Shown: one piece after another, positions 12,278 through 25,200 of the stretch
Layout: each line of letters opens with the position of its first letter
Position numbering within the stretch: the first letter of the stretch is position 1
DNA from: the human T2T-CHM13v2.0 reference genome, Homo sapiens
DNA length: 64,000 nucleotides
Assembly: GCF_009914755.1 (NCBI RefSeq)
Contig: NC_060933.1
Reading direction: 5' to 3' (one strand)
Program-made: the position numbers and the translations under genes
Notes under the pieces: model-generated
Told to the model about the DNA's origin: nothing
Seen by the model: the letters and a program-made list of their open reading frames with translations, nothing else
The model's database searches: none

Positions 12278-15200
12278 TCTCTTCTCTCTCTCTCACTTGA
12301 CTTTTCTAGGCTTATTGGCCATTCCTTGAATAAGGTACAGTCAAGTTTTACTTTAGACTTTTAAGTAGCTCAGAATAGAGTTCCTTAGCTTGTTGGTTTT
12401 TACTTAATTTTTTCATTAATGTTTCAAGGTATATTATGAGGTTGCATTATTTAATTGCTTTGTTGATTGAGCCAGGCAGATCTTTCATTTATTAGCTGGC
12501 CTGATATCAGGGCAGGAAAGCTTATGAGTTACTTTGTAAAGTGATGGTTTTATTAAAGGTGGTAATTTTGATCAGCTGACCTATTGGTGGGTTCTGATTA
12601 CTTTACAGAAGTGGATGGTATTGACAAGCCTCCATCTACTTGGAAGTTTTAAAATGTGTTCTTTTTATTAAAAGGACTTCATCCTGTGAAACTAGTTTCT
12701 TCAAATTGAAGTTCTCTCAGTCTAGGCATGATGAGTTACAAAAATGATTGTTTGTAGTATTTTGGAATTGGTTTCCACCTTTATATAAACTCAAATGTCA
12801 ATTTAATGTGTTCAGTAAGCCAAGCAACCTTTCTAATGAAACAAGTATAATTATGATTTATTTATATTTTTATTTCATTTCTCATTTTTTTCAGCAATCT
12901 TTCCTGTCCTCAACTATGTTTCCTTTTTAATTTAAAAAAATCAAGTAGAAAACAAATATCTGGCTTTTTTGTCAATGTCATGGTCTTATGTCAAGATCTT
13001 GAAAGGTATCTCTCCAAATTATTGTTCTGCTATAGTTATTTCTATCAAAGAAGTCCTCTTGTATAGCTATTTGTTGAATTGTGTACCTACTGAATTAGTC
13101 AAAGCTCTAGCTAAAACCATTTTTTTCTTTACCTCTCCCCTCCCCCAAAACTTGCTTTTGTTATGTATTGGCTTGCTAATCCTTGTGTTGAGCAGTATCA
13201 GACATCACCTTTCTTGGGGGCAGTTAGTCCACTCTTCCGCTTTCTTTGTCAGAGGGCTCCCTTAATAGGAGAAGTCAACAGGGAGGACAAAAAGGATTGA
13301 AAGTTGTATTTAATCAGGGTCAGAGAGGTGGTGTTCAGAGTGACGGGCCCACAGGCAGGCTGGCCTTTTATGCTTGCCGACGCAGATGGTCCCAGAGCAT
13401 TCAGCTAAGTGAAGAGAAAGCTGCCCAGTGAAAGCTATTGTAGGGTAGCATCGTTACAGTTGAGAAAGGTTGCCAGGGGTAACTAGAGAGTATCACCAGT
13501 ATCGTGTGATCACTAGGCTGTGCCATTGAAAATGTTAGACTGAGGATTGTATTGGGTCCCTTGGCATCTTGATGTTCATATGTAAGCAGTATTAGCTTAC
13601 ATTAGTGTTTTTAATTTAGTTTTTTCTGTTTTCTTCCCTTTGTTCTTTCCCTGCCTTTTTTAATATATAAAACATAGACTTATTTTAATTCACAATTTTG
13701 TAAAACCTTCTGAAAACATACCATTATTTAATAATATATCTCTTATAGGCTTTATGGTTTGGTATAAACTATACCAAATTTTTGTGAATAAATTGGATTT
13801 ATGAAAATGAGGTGTAATATTTCTCGTTTAAACAGCTCTAAGTTGATTTTCCATTGCTCTGAAACTGCCCTAGTATATCCCAAGATGGGTAGTTTGTTTT
13901 TCTTTGTGATTTTAAGTAACTTATTTTAAAATATGTTAGTATTTACCTGAAAACAGTAGATAGCATTGAGTGCAGGGTTGTGACCAAGAACTCCCAAATA
14001 TTTATGAAATCTATCTTCAATTTTTGCCTAAGGCAAAAGTAAAAATATGCATCCCAAATGAGCCAGAACCAAAATAGTGTAACAATCATTGGTCTCAATT
14101 TAATATACTTAATATACTTTGAATATGATTTTAATATGCCAGTTTTGGAATTCCTTAATTTCATCCCTTCTATTGTCCCCCGGATATTTTAAGAAATTAC
14201 TTATAGTCACATACAAAATGTAAACACAGTAGTCTCCTGCCGTCACTAGAGGAAAACACATAGAGATTTCTATTCAATGTAAAAGTGAAATTTGAAGTGT
14301 AACTAACGTTCAAGGTGAAATGATAATAACTTTGCAAATTATTGTTTTAACTTAGATTACCAGTCAACCCAATTTAAGTCACCCTTACGTCAGTCAGAGC
14401 TGATTTTGACTTAATACTGCTTTCTCACCTGTTGAGAGAACATTAAGTGAGGACAAACATAGTACCATCCTGTAATACCAACATTGGTATTTGAGAGCTA
14501 ATCATCTCCAATGTTATTATTTTGTGTTAGAGGTAACTTTTAGAAATTGGTGAATTTCAAGTGGAGCCAGGCTTTAAAATGCCTTCTGAGACCCCCACTT
14601 AATAGTTCTGACTCTAAATTAATTTCACACCTTTATTGAAAAATCTCAAATTTATGTTAAAATGAGCTGTTTGTTTCCTTCCTTTCATTAAAATACAGCT
14701 GAGTCATTTTCATTTAAAACAACTCATATTCCCATAAATAAGAACATTTGTCACAAAAAGTTAATGAATCTGGTAAAATTTAGAACTAAGATTCTAAAAG
14801 GTCTATAGATACGGCAAGAAAACTGTTTTTTGGAAAATTGAATTTTTATTAAAAAATCAACACAATGTGATTTCCCTTTATTTCCTGAAGAATAATAATT
14901 AGATTATGCTATTCTTTTATCATCATAGTTTTTTTTTAAAGGAAAATCATAATATGATCATCTAAAAGACTTAGGGAAAAAAATACATCTGTATCACTTA
15001 TGGTGAGGTTGGCTTACCAGGATTTATGAATAAAGATTGTAGTGTCAATGCAAATTTTAATTACATTGCTTCTTTAATGAATCTTGATAAGTCTAAGACA
15101 TTGAAGTTATAGCATTTTATGGTTATTATTTTTATTTTACCGATCCACTTTTTCTTTATCTATGTACATGATACAGATGTGACTGAAACACATGGTAAAC

Positions 15201-16367
15201 CGAATGACCTTGAAGAAGAAAAGAACAAATTTCCATTTCATGTATTTTCATTTAAATTGACCACGTGACACACACAGTGGGACCAGGGAGATTCACATAA
15301 AAAAAAATTTACATTAAACTTCAGCAGAGACTTCCTATCACTTTGGTCTTTGATTCATTACAGGTAACATGAATATGAGAGGGAATGGTACATATTTAGT
15401 AGTTATCACATGTCATCACAACATAGATTAAAAAACAAAACCGTTTTTATGATTCACAAGTATAGATATGAATGTTACCTCCTTGATACAGTTTAAAGTT
15501 GACTCTTTAAAGATAGTCCTTTTATACAATTAAACCATCCTATCAACATATATTTTAAGTATATAAATTATTATATATGCACTTATAATTTTATACTGGA
15601 AATTAGGAGCTAGTAAACTAATTTCAGTTTTGCCAGTTGTTTAAATTTTTCTTTAACGTGAACCAAAACCTTTTTCGATTCCATTATTATGTTAGTAATA
15701 GTAATATATGAGTGTTACCAGAACATTAATGATTGGAATATTTAGCAAAACCCATTAATGATGGTGTGAGTTAAGGACTATCCCTATATTTCAGGTATAT
15801 GGCAGTTATGGTGAGAAGGTACAACCAGAATAATCACAATTTATTTGTTACAGTGAATTCCATTTTACGAAGAACTGGCAGGTTTTTTAATCTGAACAAT
15901 ATTCATACCAACTAACATACTTAAGAGGTACTCAGATGCTTGCTGAATAAATGTAGTTTAAGATAATACTTTTGAAAGTTGGCTGACATAAGAAAAATGG
16001 TAATCTTTAATGGGAAATTGCAGCCTTTGGTGTTTATTTACAAAGAGTTGGGAACTTTTTAAATGCTGTTAACCCTTTATATTGGTTTGAATCTCATCTG
16101 GGATAATTGAGAAGGCTCATTGTCATTTTGAGGATCCCAGACTCCCACAAAAAAAAAGATGAGAGTGGGGTGTTGACTAGAGAGCTCCAAGTGATAAAAT
16201 CTAGGAAAGAACACTAAAAAAAGGCGTCAGAAGGTTTGGGTTTAAGCCCGCTAATATGTGTTTATTACTTACCTATAAAAAGATTACTTATCTATAAAAA
16301 GGTGATCTCTACCTACTTTAAGAATTACTACATTCATGAAATTAGAGTAAGTATGTGAAAGTACATA

Positions 16368-16565
16368 CGAGTTGAGTATTCCTTATCCAAAATGCTTGGG
16401 ACCAGAAATGTTTTAGATTTTGGATTTTTTCAAATTTTGAGATATTTGTGTTATATACTTAAAGTGGAGCATAACATTTCCTTTGAGTGCCATGTTAATG
16501 CTCAAAAAGTTTCTTTTTTTTTTTTTTTTTTTTTTTGGATTTTTGAATTAGGGATACTCAACCTG
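16368..16565. mobile_element. Tigger4a (Zombi) MITE
   Basis: Terminal repeats gttgagtattccttatccaaaatgcttgggacc ... gggatactcaacctg. Confidence 0.85.
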
Positions 16566-16694
16566 TTCTTGGAAATCTGTAACATATGGTATGCATGTAA
16601 ATTGATGGTTCAAATAATCACTAATACTACTCACATTGCTGCCACTGCTGATGCCTTATAACTAGTATCAGAAGAGCCTCTTGGGATGTTTATA

Positions 16695-17298
16695 CTGTAG
16701 TCTACCCTTATCTTTAGGGAATACATTCCAGCATTCCCAGTGGATGTCTAAAACTGCAGATAGTACTGAACCCTGTATGCATTGTTTTTTCCTATACATA
16801 CATACATCCCTATGATAAAGTTTAAATTATAAATTAGGCACAATAAGAGAACAACAAGATAGAACAATTATAACAGTATAGCATAATGTCAGTTAATGTG
16901 AATGTGGCACTGTACTCACCCTTCTTGTGTTGATGTGAAATTATGAGATGAAGTAAGGTGAATAATGTAGGCATTGTAAGCATTGTGATGTAGTATTAGG
17001 CTACTACTGACCTTGAACACAAGCATTGTGATACCTTAACAGTTAATCTGATAACCCAGATGGCTACTAGGTGACTTACAGGTAGATAAGGTATATAGCA
17101 TGGATACACTGGACAAAGGCATGATTCACATCCTCATGGGGACAGTGCAAGATTTCATCATGCTACTCAGAATGGCGTGCAGTTTAAAACTTAAGAATTG
17201 TTTATTTCTGGAATTTTCATATAATATTTTTGGACTACAGCTGACTACGGGTAACTGAAACTGTGGAACATGAACCCACCGATAATGGAAGGCTACTG
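16695..17298. mobile_element. MER44/Tigger7-family element
   Basis: TA-flanked ends ctgtagtctacccttatc ... gataatggaaggctactg, with a characteristic MER44 interior. Confidence 0.8.
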
Positions 17299-18329
17299 TA
17301 TTTTAATATTTGCCAACACTGAGCATTTGAAATGAGCTACTTTGGCAGGAAAGATTATAAATAATTGAGTAGATATCAATGGATGAGCATCATAGTGCTC
17401 TATCAGCCCTTTGGGAGACCATGAGTAACCTATCATTTGGTTTTAGCTCTTTGTCTTGATTCACTTTATCAAAATGGGACTATAGATGACTTGTGGTAGG
17501 TTCTAGAGTGCAAGAAATGAGAAAATAAGTGAATGAGCTTTGCCCAGCCACAGATTCTTAACAGTGCTGAGGGAATTGTCCTGAGGTCTTTGCAAAATCC
17601 TAAATTAATGATTATCACTATAACAGATTTTTCTTTACTTCTTTCCATGTAACATGTATTTTCTTCCAACAGATATTTTTAATTGACTTCTTCAGATCAA
17701 CATTAGTAGGTGACGTTTTAATAAGCATTCTACATTGTTTCCAGCATTTACCTGATGAAATTAGGATAAAATGCCATTTCTGACTGGTTACTAGCTTCCA
17801 AACAGCAGCCTTGTAGAACCTGCCATTCAGATTCATGAGTCAGCAGAATTTATAAATTATGATAGGTCATGGATCTTTGTTTTTTTCCCCAGATTGTCAA
17901 AAACACATGCCAAGTGTTGTGCAGCTTTATGTACTCTTTCTTTATATACTAGCCAACAGCCTACAATGGTAGTTCTCATCGTGTGGTCTGTGTACCTCTG
18001 GGAGTCCCTGGTTCCTTTCAGTGTCCCTTTCTTCAAGGTCAAATCTGTGTTGCTAGTAATACTAAGAAGTTATTTACCTTTTTCAATGTGTTGACATTTC
18101 CACTGATGATAAGGAGTAAGGAGTAAAAGTTCTGGCTCCTTAGAATGAATGAAGGCAATTACATGAAACCTTACTAATAATATTCTATATGTTATTTCTA
18201 CATGCCTGTAGTTTTTTTAAAAAGCTAGTTAGTTTCACTTAGGAATGTTCTTGAAGCAATAAAAATAATTTTATTAAGCCTCAATACTCTAGTACATGTC
18301 TTTGAATATTCTGTATGATGAAACGGGAA

Positions 18330-19436
18330 GTACTGTACACACAAAATAAAACTCAGTGAACCAGTATTTTCCACATGACCCATTCATTATGTTACAAAAT
18401 TATGCATGAGTGAAAATTTCATTTACTGTCCAAGAGAGACCAATTTTAGATTTTACATTGTAACTAACTTTTAGGAAACTATCACCTGTTAATTTTGGCC
18501 TAGTGTAAAAGAACAGTTTCCATAGGTATGGTAAAAAGCAATTGAATTACTGTTTTCTTTTTCAACTGCATAACTGTGTAATGCCAGATAATCTTCATAC
18601 CATAGGGGAAAAATACTTTTTTTCAACCCTCATAGATTCTTCATTGGATATGGATACCTATAACAAAAGACAGAAGTTTATTGACATGTATATTTTATAT
18701 ATACATGGGAGACACCCATGGAATTAGTAGTTTTCAAGGTGGCTTTGAATAGAGCATTTTCAACAAAGAACAGTAAGTTTTTAGAGAATACAAGACTGAG
18801 GAAAAGGACTTTGAATCTGTAGCCGTAGTAAATTTTGGAAGGGCAAATCAATATGGCGGGTAGAGGCTAGTTGGTGAAGCTTATTAATACAGATTCTTTT
18901 CCAGGCTAAAGTTGTCTTCAGTGGTTAACCTTTGTTTCTCCTAGTAGAGAGGTGGGCAGGATACCTTTTGTCTTTGCAAATCTATGTCTTGATTTAGGCA
19001 AGTGGAAGGCAGAGAGGTTTCTTGCATCTGCTCCTTCAAAACTACCTTCAGTAGAACAATCCTTCCTATTTTGGGGTAGCATATTCTGGTTTCCCAGAAC
19101 ATACTTCAGTCAAAACAACATATCACAGCAGATTAAATACAGAGCCAGATATGACAACTCAACTATTTTCTAGTAAGCCAGATATGGAAAGACATTTGAA
19201 AATACAAAACAATGCCACTCTTCTCATTTCGGAAAATAGATTTTTCATAGAAGTTTCACTTTTATTTATTTTTTATTTTTAAATTAGTGGAGAACTATTT
19301 AATTTTTTTTTTTTTAGTTTTAATGTCTAGTATGGGAGATACTAATAGTAACAGACCAAATAAACAAAGGCTCTTTGAGGCTCTCAATTTTTAAGAATAT
19401 AAAGGGATCCTGAGACTTAAAAATTTGAAAACTGCT
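18330..19436 (+). mobile_element. Charlie1-family hAT 3' fragment split by an LTR
   Basis: atgttacaaaattatgcatgagtg..., resuming at about 19100 and ending gggatcctgagacttaaaaatttgaaaactgct. Confidence 0.65.
18606..19097 (-). mobile_element. MER34-like ERV1 solo LTR
   Basis: Reverse strand starts ggaaaccagaatatgctacccc, typical of MER34-group LTR 5' ends. Confidence 0.6.
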
Positions 19437-19440
19437 AAGC

Positions 19441-19632
19441 TCTCTCTCACTGTGTGACTCGCCTGCTCGCCCTTTGCCTTCTGCCATGATTCTAAGTTTC
19501 CTGAGCCCTCACTAGAAGCTAAGCAGATGCTGGTGCCATGCTTCTTTTGTATATAGCCTGCTGAAGAGTGAACCAAATAAACCCTCTTTTCTTTATAAAT
19601 TTCACAGCCTCAGGTATTTATAGCAACACAGA
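19441..19632 (+). mobile_element. MST (MaLR) LTR 3' fragment
   Basis: gccttctgccatgattctaagtttcctgag...ccaaataaaccctcttttctttataaat...cagcctcaggtatttatagca. Confidence 0.8.
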
Positions 19633-20157
19633 GATTAAAATCTTATTAGGGCAAGGGGTATAGCTGGTCCTAAAATTGTAAGATTAGGAACTATACTTTG
19701 TATTCTAGTTCATAAGTATAAAAGCCCTGGATGAGAAATTGATCTGAGGAAAGCTTTATTGCAAATTAAAGGACTCAGGAGAATAGATATTGCTGGGCAA
19801 TGGAGGATATCTCATCATACCCCCCTTGAGCAGTTTGCTTTTATCATGACTTTGAGCACTATCCTTTATGTCTCTGTTCCTCAATTTCTCCAGTTATAAA
19901 ATAGGACCATTTTTACATCAGCACCTCCTCTCCCTGTCTTACAGGGGTTTGACAAGGATCAAATGAGTTGCTTTAAAGAGAACATGTGAGATAAGATATC
20001 TCCTCACAGTAGGTTTCCAGGATCCTGTCCAGGATGATCACAGTCAGCATGGGGTTAATACACAGATTCAAGAGGCATATCAAAGGAGATCTGATAAGAT
20101 TTAGTGACTGGATGAATACAGGGAATAAACAGAAATTAGTTAAAAATTATTCTAAGG

Positions 20158-20436
20158 AGCCAGATGCTGTGGCTCATGCCTGTAATCCTAGCTCTTTGGG
20201 AGGCTGAGGCGGGCAGATTACTTCAGCCTAGGAGATCGAGAGCAACCTGGGCAACATGGTGGGACCCAGCTCTACAAAAAATACAAAAATTGGCGTGGCA
20301 CATGCCGGTAGTCCCAGCTAGCTCCTTGGGAGGCTGAGGTGGGAGGATCGCTTGAGCCTGTGAGGTTGAGGCTGCAGTGAGCCGTGATTGTTCGTGCCAC
20401 TGCACTTTAGCCTGGGTGAGAGAGCGAGATCCTGTC

Positions 20437-20468
<32 letters not shown>
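20158..20468 (+). mobile_element. AluJ
   Basis: Dimeric Alu with a long A tail. Confidence 0.9.
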
Positions 20469-20472
<4 letters not shown>

Positions 20473-20791
20473 GTTCTGAGGGCTTAATTGTCAATATTTT
20501 AGTAACAAATTGGAGGAATTGGAGAGAAAAGCAAAAAATAGATATTTAAAAACCCAGGCTTTTAAGATCAGGATTGTAGGATTGTAGCACAGAAGTTAAA
20601 GAAAAGTGGCCAGAAAAATAATTAAGGACAAAACAGGTAGGGCATGGATGGCTGTTTAAGGTTGGCTTTCAGGAAGCAGAGGAGTTTTGTAAGACAATAG
20701 GCAAGCATCGAAAAGAAACTTGGATTATTATAACATGTAGCAGAAAAAATGAAAAACAAAACAAAAAAAACTTGGGTTAGCGTCTAATGGT

Positions 20792-22262
20792 CGGGGCTGG
20801 TTATACAATTTGTGGGATACAGTGTGAATGAAAATGAAATGCAGGCCTTTGTTCAAAAAGCAAGGGGAAAAGTACAGTTAAGAGTGCTAATGTTTAAAGC
20901 TTTTTTCCTTTGGGAAGAAAAACATGGTAGAGTTAATAGCAATAAATAAGTAAACACAAATTCAAAATTATGTTTGTGGGTATCATGCTTTTATAAAAGA
21001 TAGTAAATAAATAATACCTTATCACTGTGAAATCTTGATTAATCATGACTTTCTAGCTCTTTTTTCTGCAAATTCATTTTAGTCATCAAAATTTATACTT
21101 TTATAAAGTTTCATTTTTAATTTATATAATTGGAAGTAATGTCAATTATGTTTGGCAAATGCAAGATTACAAATATTTTTTGATAATTTTTGATTTTGAG
21201 GACAGGCCTTGTACTGATGCCACTGTTAAGAACATTTTATAGGCTGTGACAACATTAGGATAAATTTCTGATAAATTATTTCAAAATCTAAATTTAGAAC
21301 ATCTAGAGCTAATTTTTAGAACAATTTTTCTAAAAGCTTTAACTCTACAAATCAGTTCTGTGTATAGATTTAATTCTAAGTGTAGATTTATACAGGGGTA
21401 TTTAAATATTCTTTCTGCTATTTCTTGTAACTTGGAAGTTGTACAACTTCCAAGAAACCAAATGACTTCATGACTTGTATATAATTCAGAATGTCTGTTT
21501 GTGCATCCTACCTCATATCTTCAGGTATGAAGATATGGAAACATTAAATTTAAAATAATCCTTCTCATTAACAGTTGGTTCTTCATTAAAACAGTTGGTT
21601 CTCATACAAAAATATTGTTCTTTTCAACCAAATGTGACAATCTTTATATTCAATTTCTCTTTCTAAAGCTATTGCTATTTGGTTTGCAATGTTGCAGTGG
21701 TTTATAAAACTGGAGATTATAAATGCCTTGATGAATTCTGATATATTTTTGGTGCCATGACTTGGATACTTTGCAATAATATGCTGACAAAGGTTTTACT
21801 CTCTGAGCACCAACACTTCCTGTCCTGGTCCTTAGGCTGGAGAGTTAATATTTGCGCATATACTGTTAGGATAGGTTCCAGGAAGAGGAGTACTTTGGCT
21901 TTCCACTGTATATCCCCAGTGCTGAGCCGCTCTTTCATGGGGCTGCTGCCATCATTGCCATTGCCAATCTGGGCTCAGTCCTGGCCACTGCCTTGAGTGC
22001 CCTGTGTTGTCCACGTCTGTCCCAGGTATTCACATTTGGGCCCAGGCAGCCAGTCCAGCTGCTTAGTGCATATGCTGACACTTGACATATTTCCTCTGTT
22101 CTGTGCTCCATTGTCCCACTGGTCTTCATCTACAAAGTACAAGTTCAAAGTCATTAACAAGTTCAAGATGGCGACAAAGGACCGTTCAACTAAATAGAGG
22201 CCCCTTTTGAGAGCAAGCCCATGTGTGACTGCACAAGTTACATACCTGGTAAGCTTACTCTG
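20792..22262 (-). mobile_element. MER45-family (MER45R-like) hAT-Tip100 element with transposase remnant
   Basis: Right end is the reverse complement of a MER45-type 5' end. The minus strand at about 21121-21280 reads NLSEIYPNVVTAYKMFLTVASVQGLSSKSKIIKKYL*, a decayed hAT dimerisation domain. Confidence 0.7.
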
Positions 22263-25200
22263 CCCATTTATATTGCCGAAGTACTAAGACTACTAAACTG
22301 CCTTTAAATTGCTCTGTTCAGGACTTCCCTAAGATGAACTATTTGACCTTAATGGGACCTATATAGTTGTTAGGGGCAGAGACATGGTAGTTTTCATGCA
22401 GGTATTCAGTGAGTTTGTTTTAAAACATGCTACCTTCTTAGTAAGACTTGATACTCCTCTAGGAGCCTTATGGAAGCTGAACTCCCTGGCAGCCAGGACT
22501 GTAGCTATTGAATCTGACTGGGGTTCTAAGAGGAAGGCTTTTGAAATGGAGTTCAGACAAACTGCTCTATCAAAATACTCTTGTTGATTTAGTTTGCTGT
22601 GTTTTATTCTATATCTTTCTTTTAATTACCACTTGGATTTTTATTATTTCTGATCTTTTTTTGTTTGTTCGTTTGTTTTTTGGTTGAAGGAAAGGGATCA
22701 TAGATTATTATTTAGCTCTCACCACTGGCTGCTTGATATGGATGGCCTACTGTTTATCAATGCCGATAACCAGAGTTTTGGTGGTTGTTGATACCATATA
22801 TGTCCCCCTTAATCTTGTAATCTTGTACCTATGTGAGAGACATTTTTAAAGAAGAAAATCAAGAAAAATGTCTCATAGCCTCATTTGTCATTTTTTTCTT
22901 CTTTAAGACGTCAACAGATTATTTTTAGAGGAAGTTTCTCTAACTAAATGTCTTTTGTCCTCTGTAAAATGGACAAGAGTTGAAACAAGCAATGTATATG
23001 AAAGGTAAAGACGTCAAAGTCAACACACAGACCCCAGATTGCACTCAGCCACTTCTTTGCTTCCCACAGCATTTCTATGCTGTAAAATGCTGTCTTCAAT
23101 GAACTAGAATTGGAGTTACTGTTTGATCCTCCTCTTATCCTCTTAACCTTGGCCAAAGATATTTACATTATCACTTCCTAACTGATGTGCCACATCTATT
23201 GCAAAAATAAGTTGTGGTGAGCAAGATACTGATTCCTTGTGTTCTCAGGGTGGCCTGGCAGGAGCTTCTGGGTCAGTTGTCTGAAGGTGCCCTGCTCCAT
23301 TTGCCCTAATGTGCTCTATAAACACCTTTCCTTGAACACTATGACATGAAAAAGGCTTGGAAGTACTACTTTAAACTTCAAATGAAAAACTCACAAGGAA
23401 GTGAAATTCCGTAATTAAGCAATTACCTTTTAACCATTTATGTAATCAGTATTGCTTTTGTTCTTTTTCAGTTTTTTTCTCCTAATTTTAGTCAAGGTAA
23501 ACATCTAAGCAGCAAGTAATATACTGATGAAAATAAATTTTGAGATTTGTAATCTAGTAATTTGTCTTCTGAGTCTTGTGTTAATAGGAACCAGAGGTCT
23601 TAGTAAATGAGAACTATGATTCTGGGTGCTTAAATTGTTTTATCCGCACACTCATTGCGTGAAAGATTTCAGCCTATAAGGAAGAAATTATGTCAGTCTA
23701 GAGTCTCCTCATTGTAGAAAAGTTCCCATTTTTATACTTTTGATGATAACAAAGCAGCTCCATTGGATTGTGGTTGACAATAGCAATCTGTATGTTTTTG
23801 CTAGCAACATACAGATCATAAGTAGAACATATTTCAGAGTTACACATGATCCAAGAGAAAGTGTGCCGAATTTTGAACTTGGTTGGTAGAAAAAGGTGAT
23901 TTTTTTTTTTTGGTAAAGAGATTTTTTTAGATAAACTCTAAGAAAGTAGTTATTTACAGAAAGTACACTGAAGTATAAAAAGATAGTAAACATAGTCATA
24001 ATGACTATAGTTGCTAGCTATATATTCAGTTTATCTGAGGGGGCAGGAACTTTAGCATCATCTTGTTTTATGAACTCTAATTTACTTATCAATAATTTTT
24101 CTTACTAGTTACTTGTTGCAATAACTTATACTATTATACTTCATGTGTGGTTTTGATTTCTTAATGGCAGTATCTTCTTTATTAGTTGACTATGGGAAAT
24201 ATACAAGTATAGTGTCCCCTTGTTTGCAAAGAAAGGGATTCGCGTCTTCACAGTTTACTCACAGCTGCAGTGGTGAGCTGCCCTCTCCTGGTCATCTATG
24301 CCTTCCAGAACTCCCGGTGGATACCAGGGAAAATCATACATTTTGCCAAATAAATGGATGTTTTAATCATCTTTGATCTTAACATTATTTTGTGACACTG
24401 TAGTATAAAGCTCTGCTGTAGCTCCTTACTTTTCATGTCTTAAAAGACATTGTTGACAGAAAAGATGGGTCATCTTTTTTCTCCCACGTTCTTGTAGGCA
24501 TTCTATCCACCTGAGATTTTTGCCCCATTACTTCAGTCTTAATGGACAAATTTTGTGCCACCCTTGTTTACTAAATTCTTGAGATTTACTTAGAAGATGT
24601 TTCTTAGTTTGTCTATCCACTTTGGGAAAAAGAGATTTTCAGAACTGTCTTAAATAAGTGGATTACCCAAGATGTTCTTTTCATAGAAGATTTTTTGTTA
24701 CATATTTTCTTAAAAATGAGCATCAGATTTTCTCTACTGTTAATAATTCATGTTGTACATGAGTTTACTGGTGATTCTTCTTAAAACCAGTGCTTATGTT
24801 TTTATTTTTTTAATTCTCTATTCTTCAATTCCTATTTCTTATAAGCCCATCCTTATTTTAGACTCTAGACTTGGGGACCTATGGGATTCGCATCAGTTAT
24901 GGTGCTTAACAAAACTTTAATACCAGAATTTTAGAATCTTACTTTCTTGTTGAAAGTAGCAGTTTATCCCAGCCTTTTCCTATTATATACCTTATATTTT
25001 GTATATACTCTTACATTTTCTATATACCCTTATATTTTGTATTTTTAAAATGGAAGGAATGAAAAAAAAACCTGTGGTTTTTATCGTATTTCCCATTTAT
25101 ATTTGTACCTTGCTACTAGTTGCTATTTCTATTAAGATTCCTAGAAAACTTTTTATGACATGTTGTTTCTAAAGTTCATATATATTGTAGTAACTCAGTA

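Noticed and set aside
21717-22197. Cluster of overlapping short ORFs in a higher-GC patch
   Set aside because: Lies inside the MER45-type transposon; no coherent coding signal.
24981-25046. Three ~19-bp AT-rich units resembling an array
   Set aside because: Degenerate minisatellite with no spacers. The DNA is eukaryotic, and nothing in the window resembles a CRISPR array.
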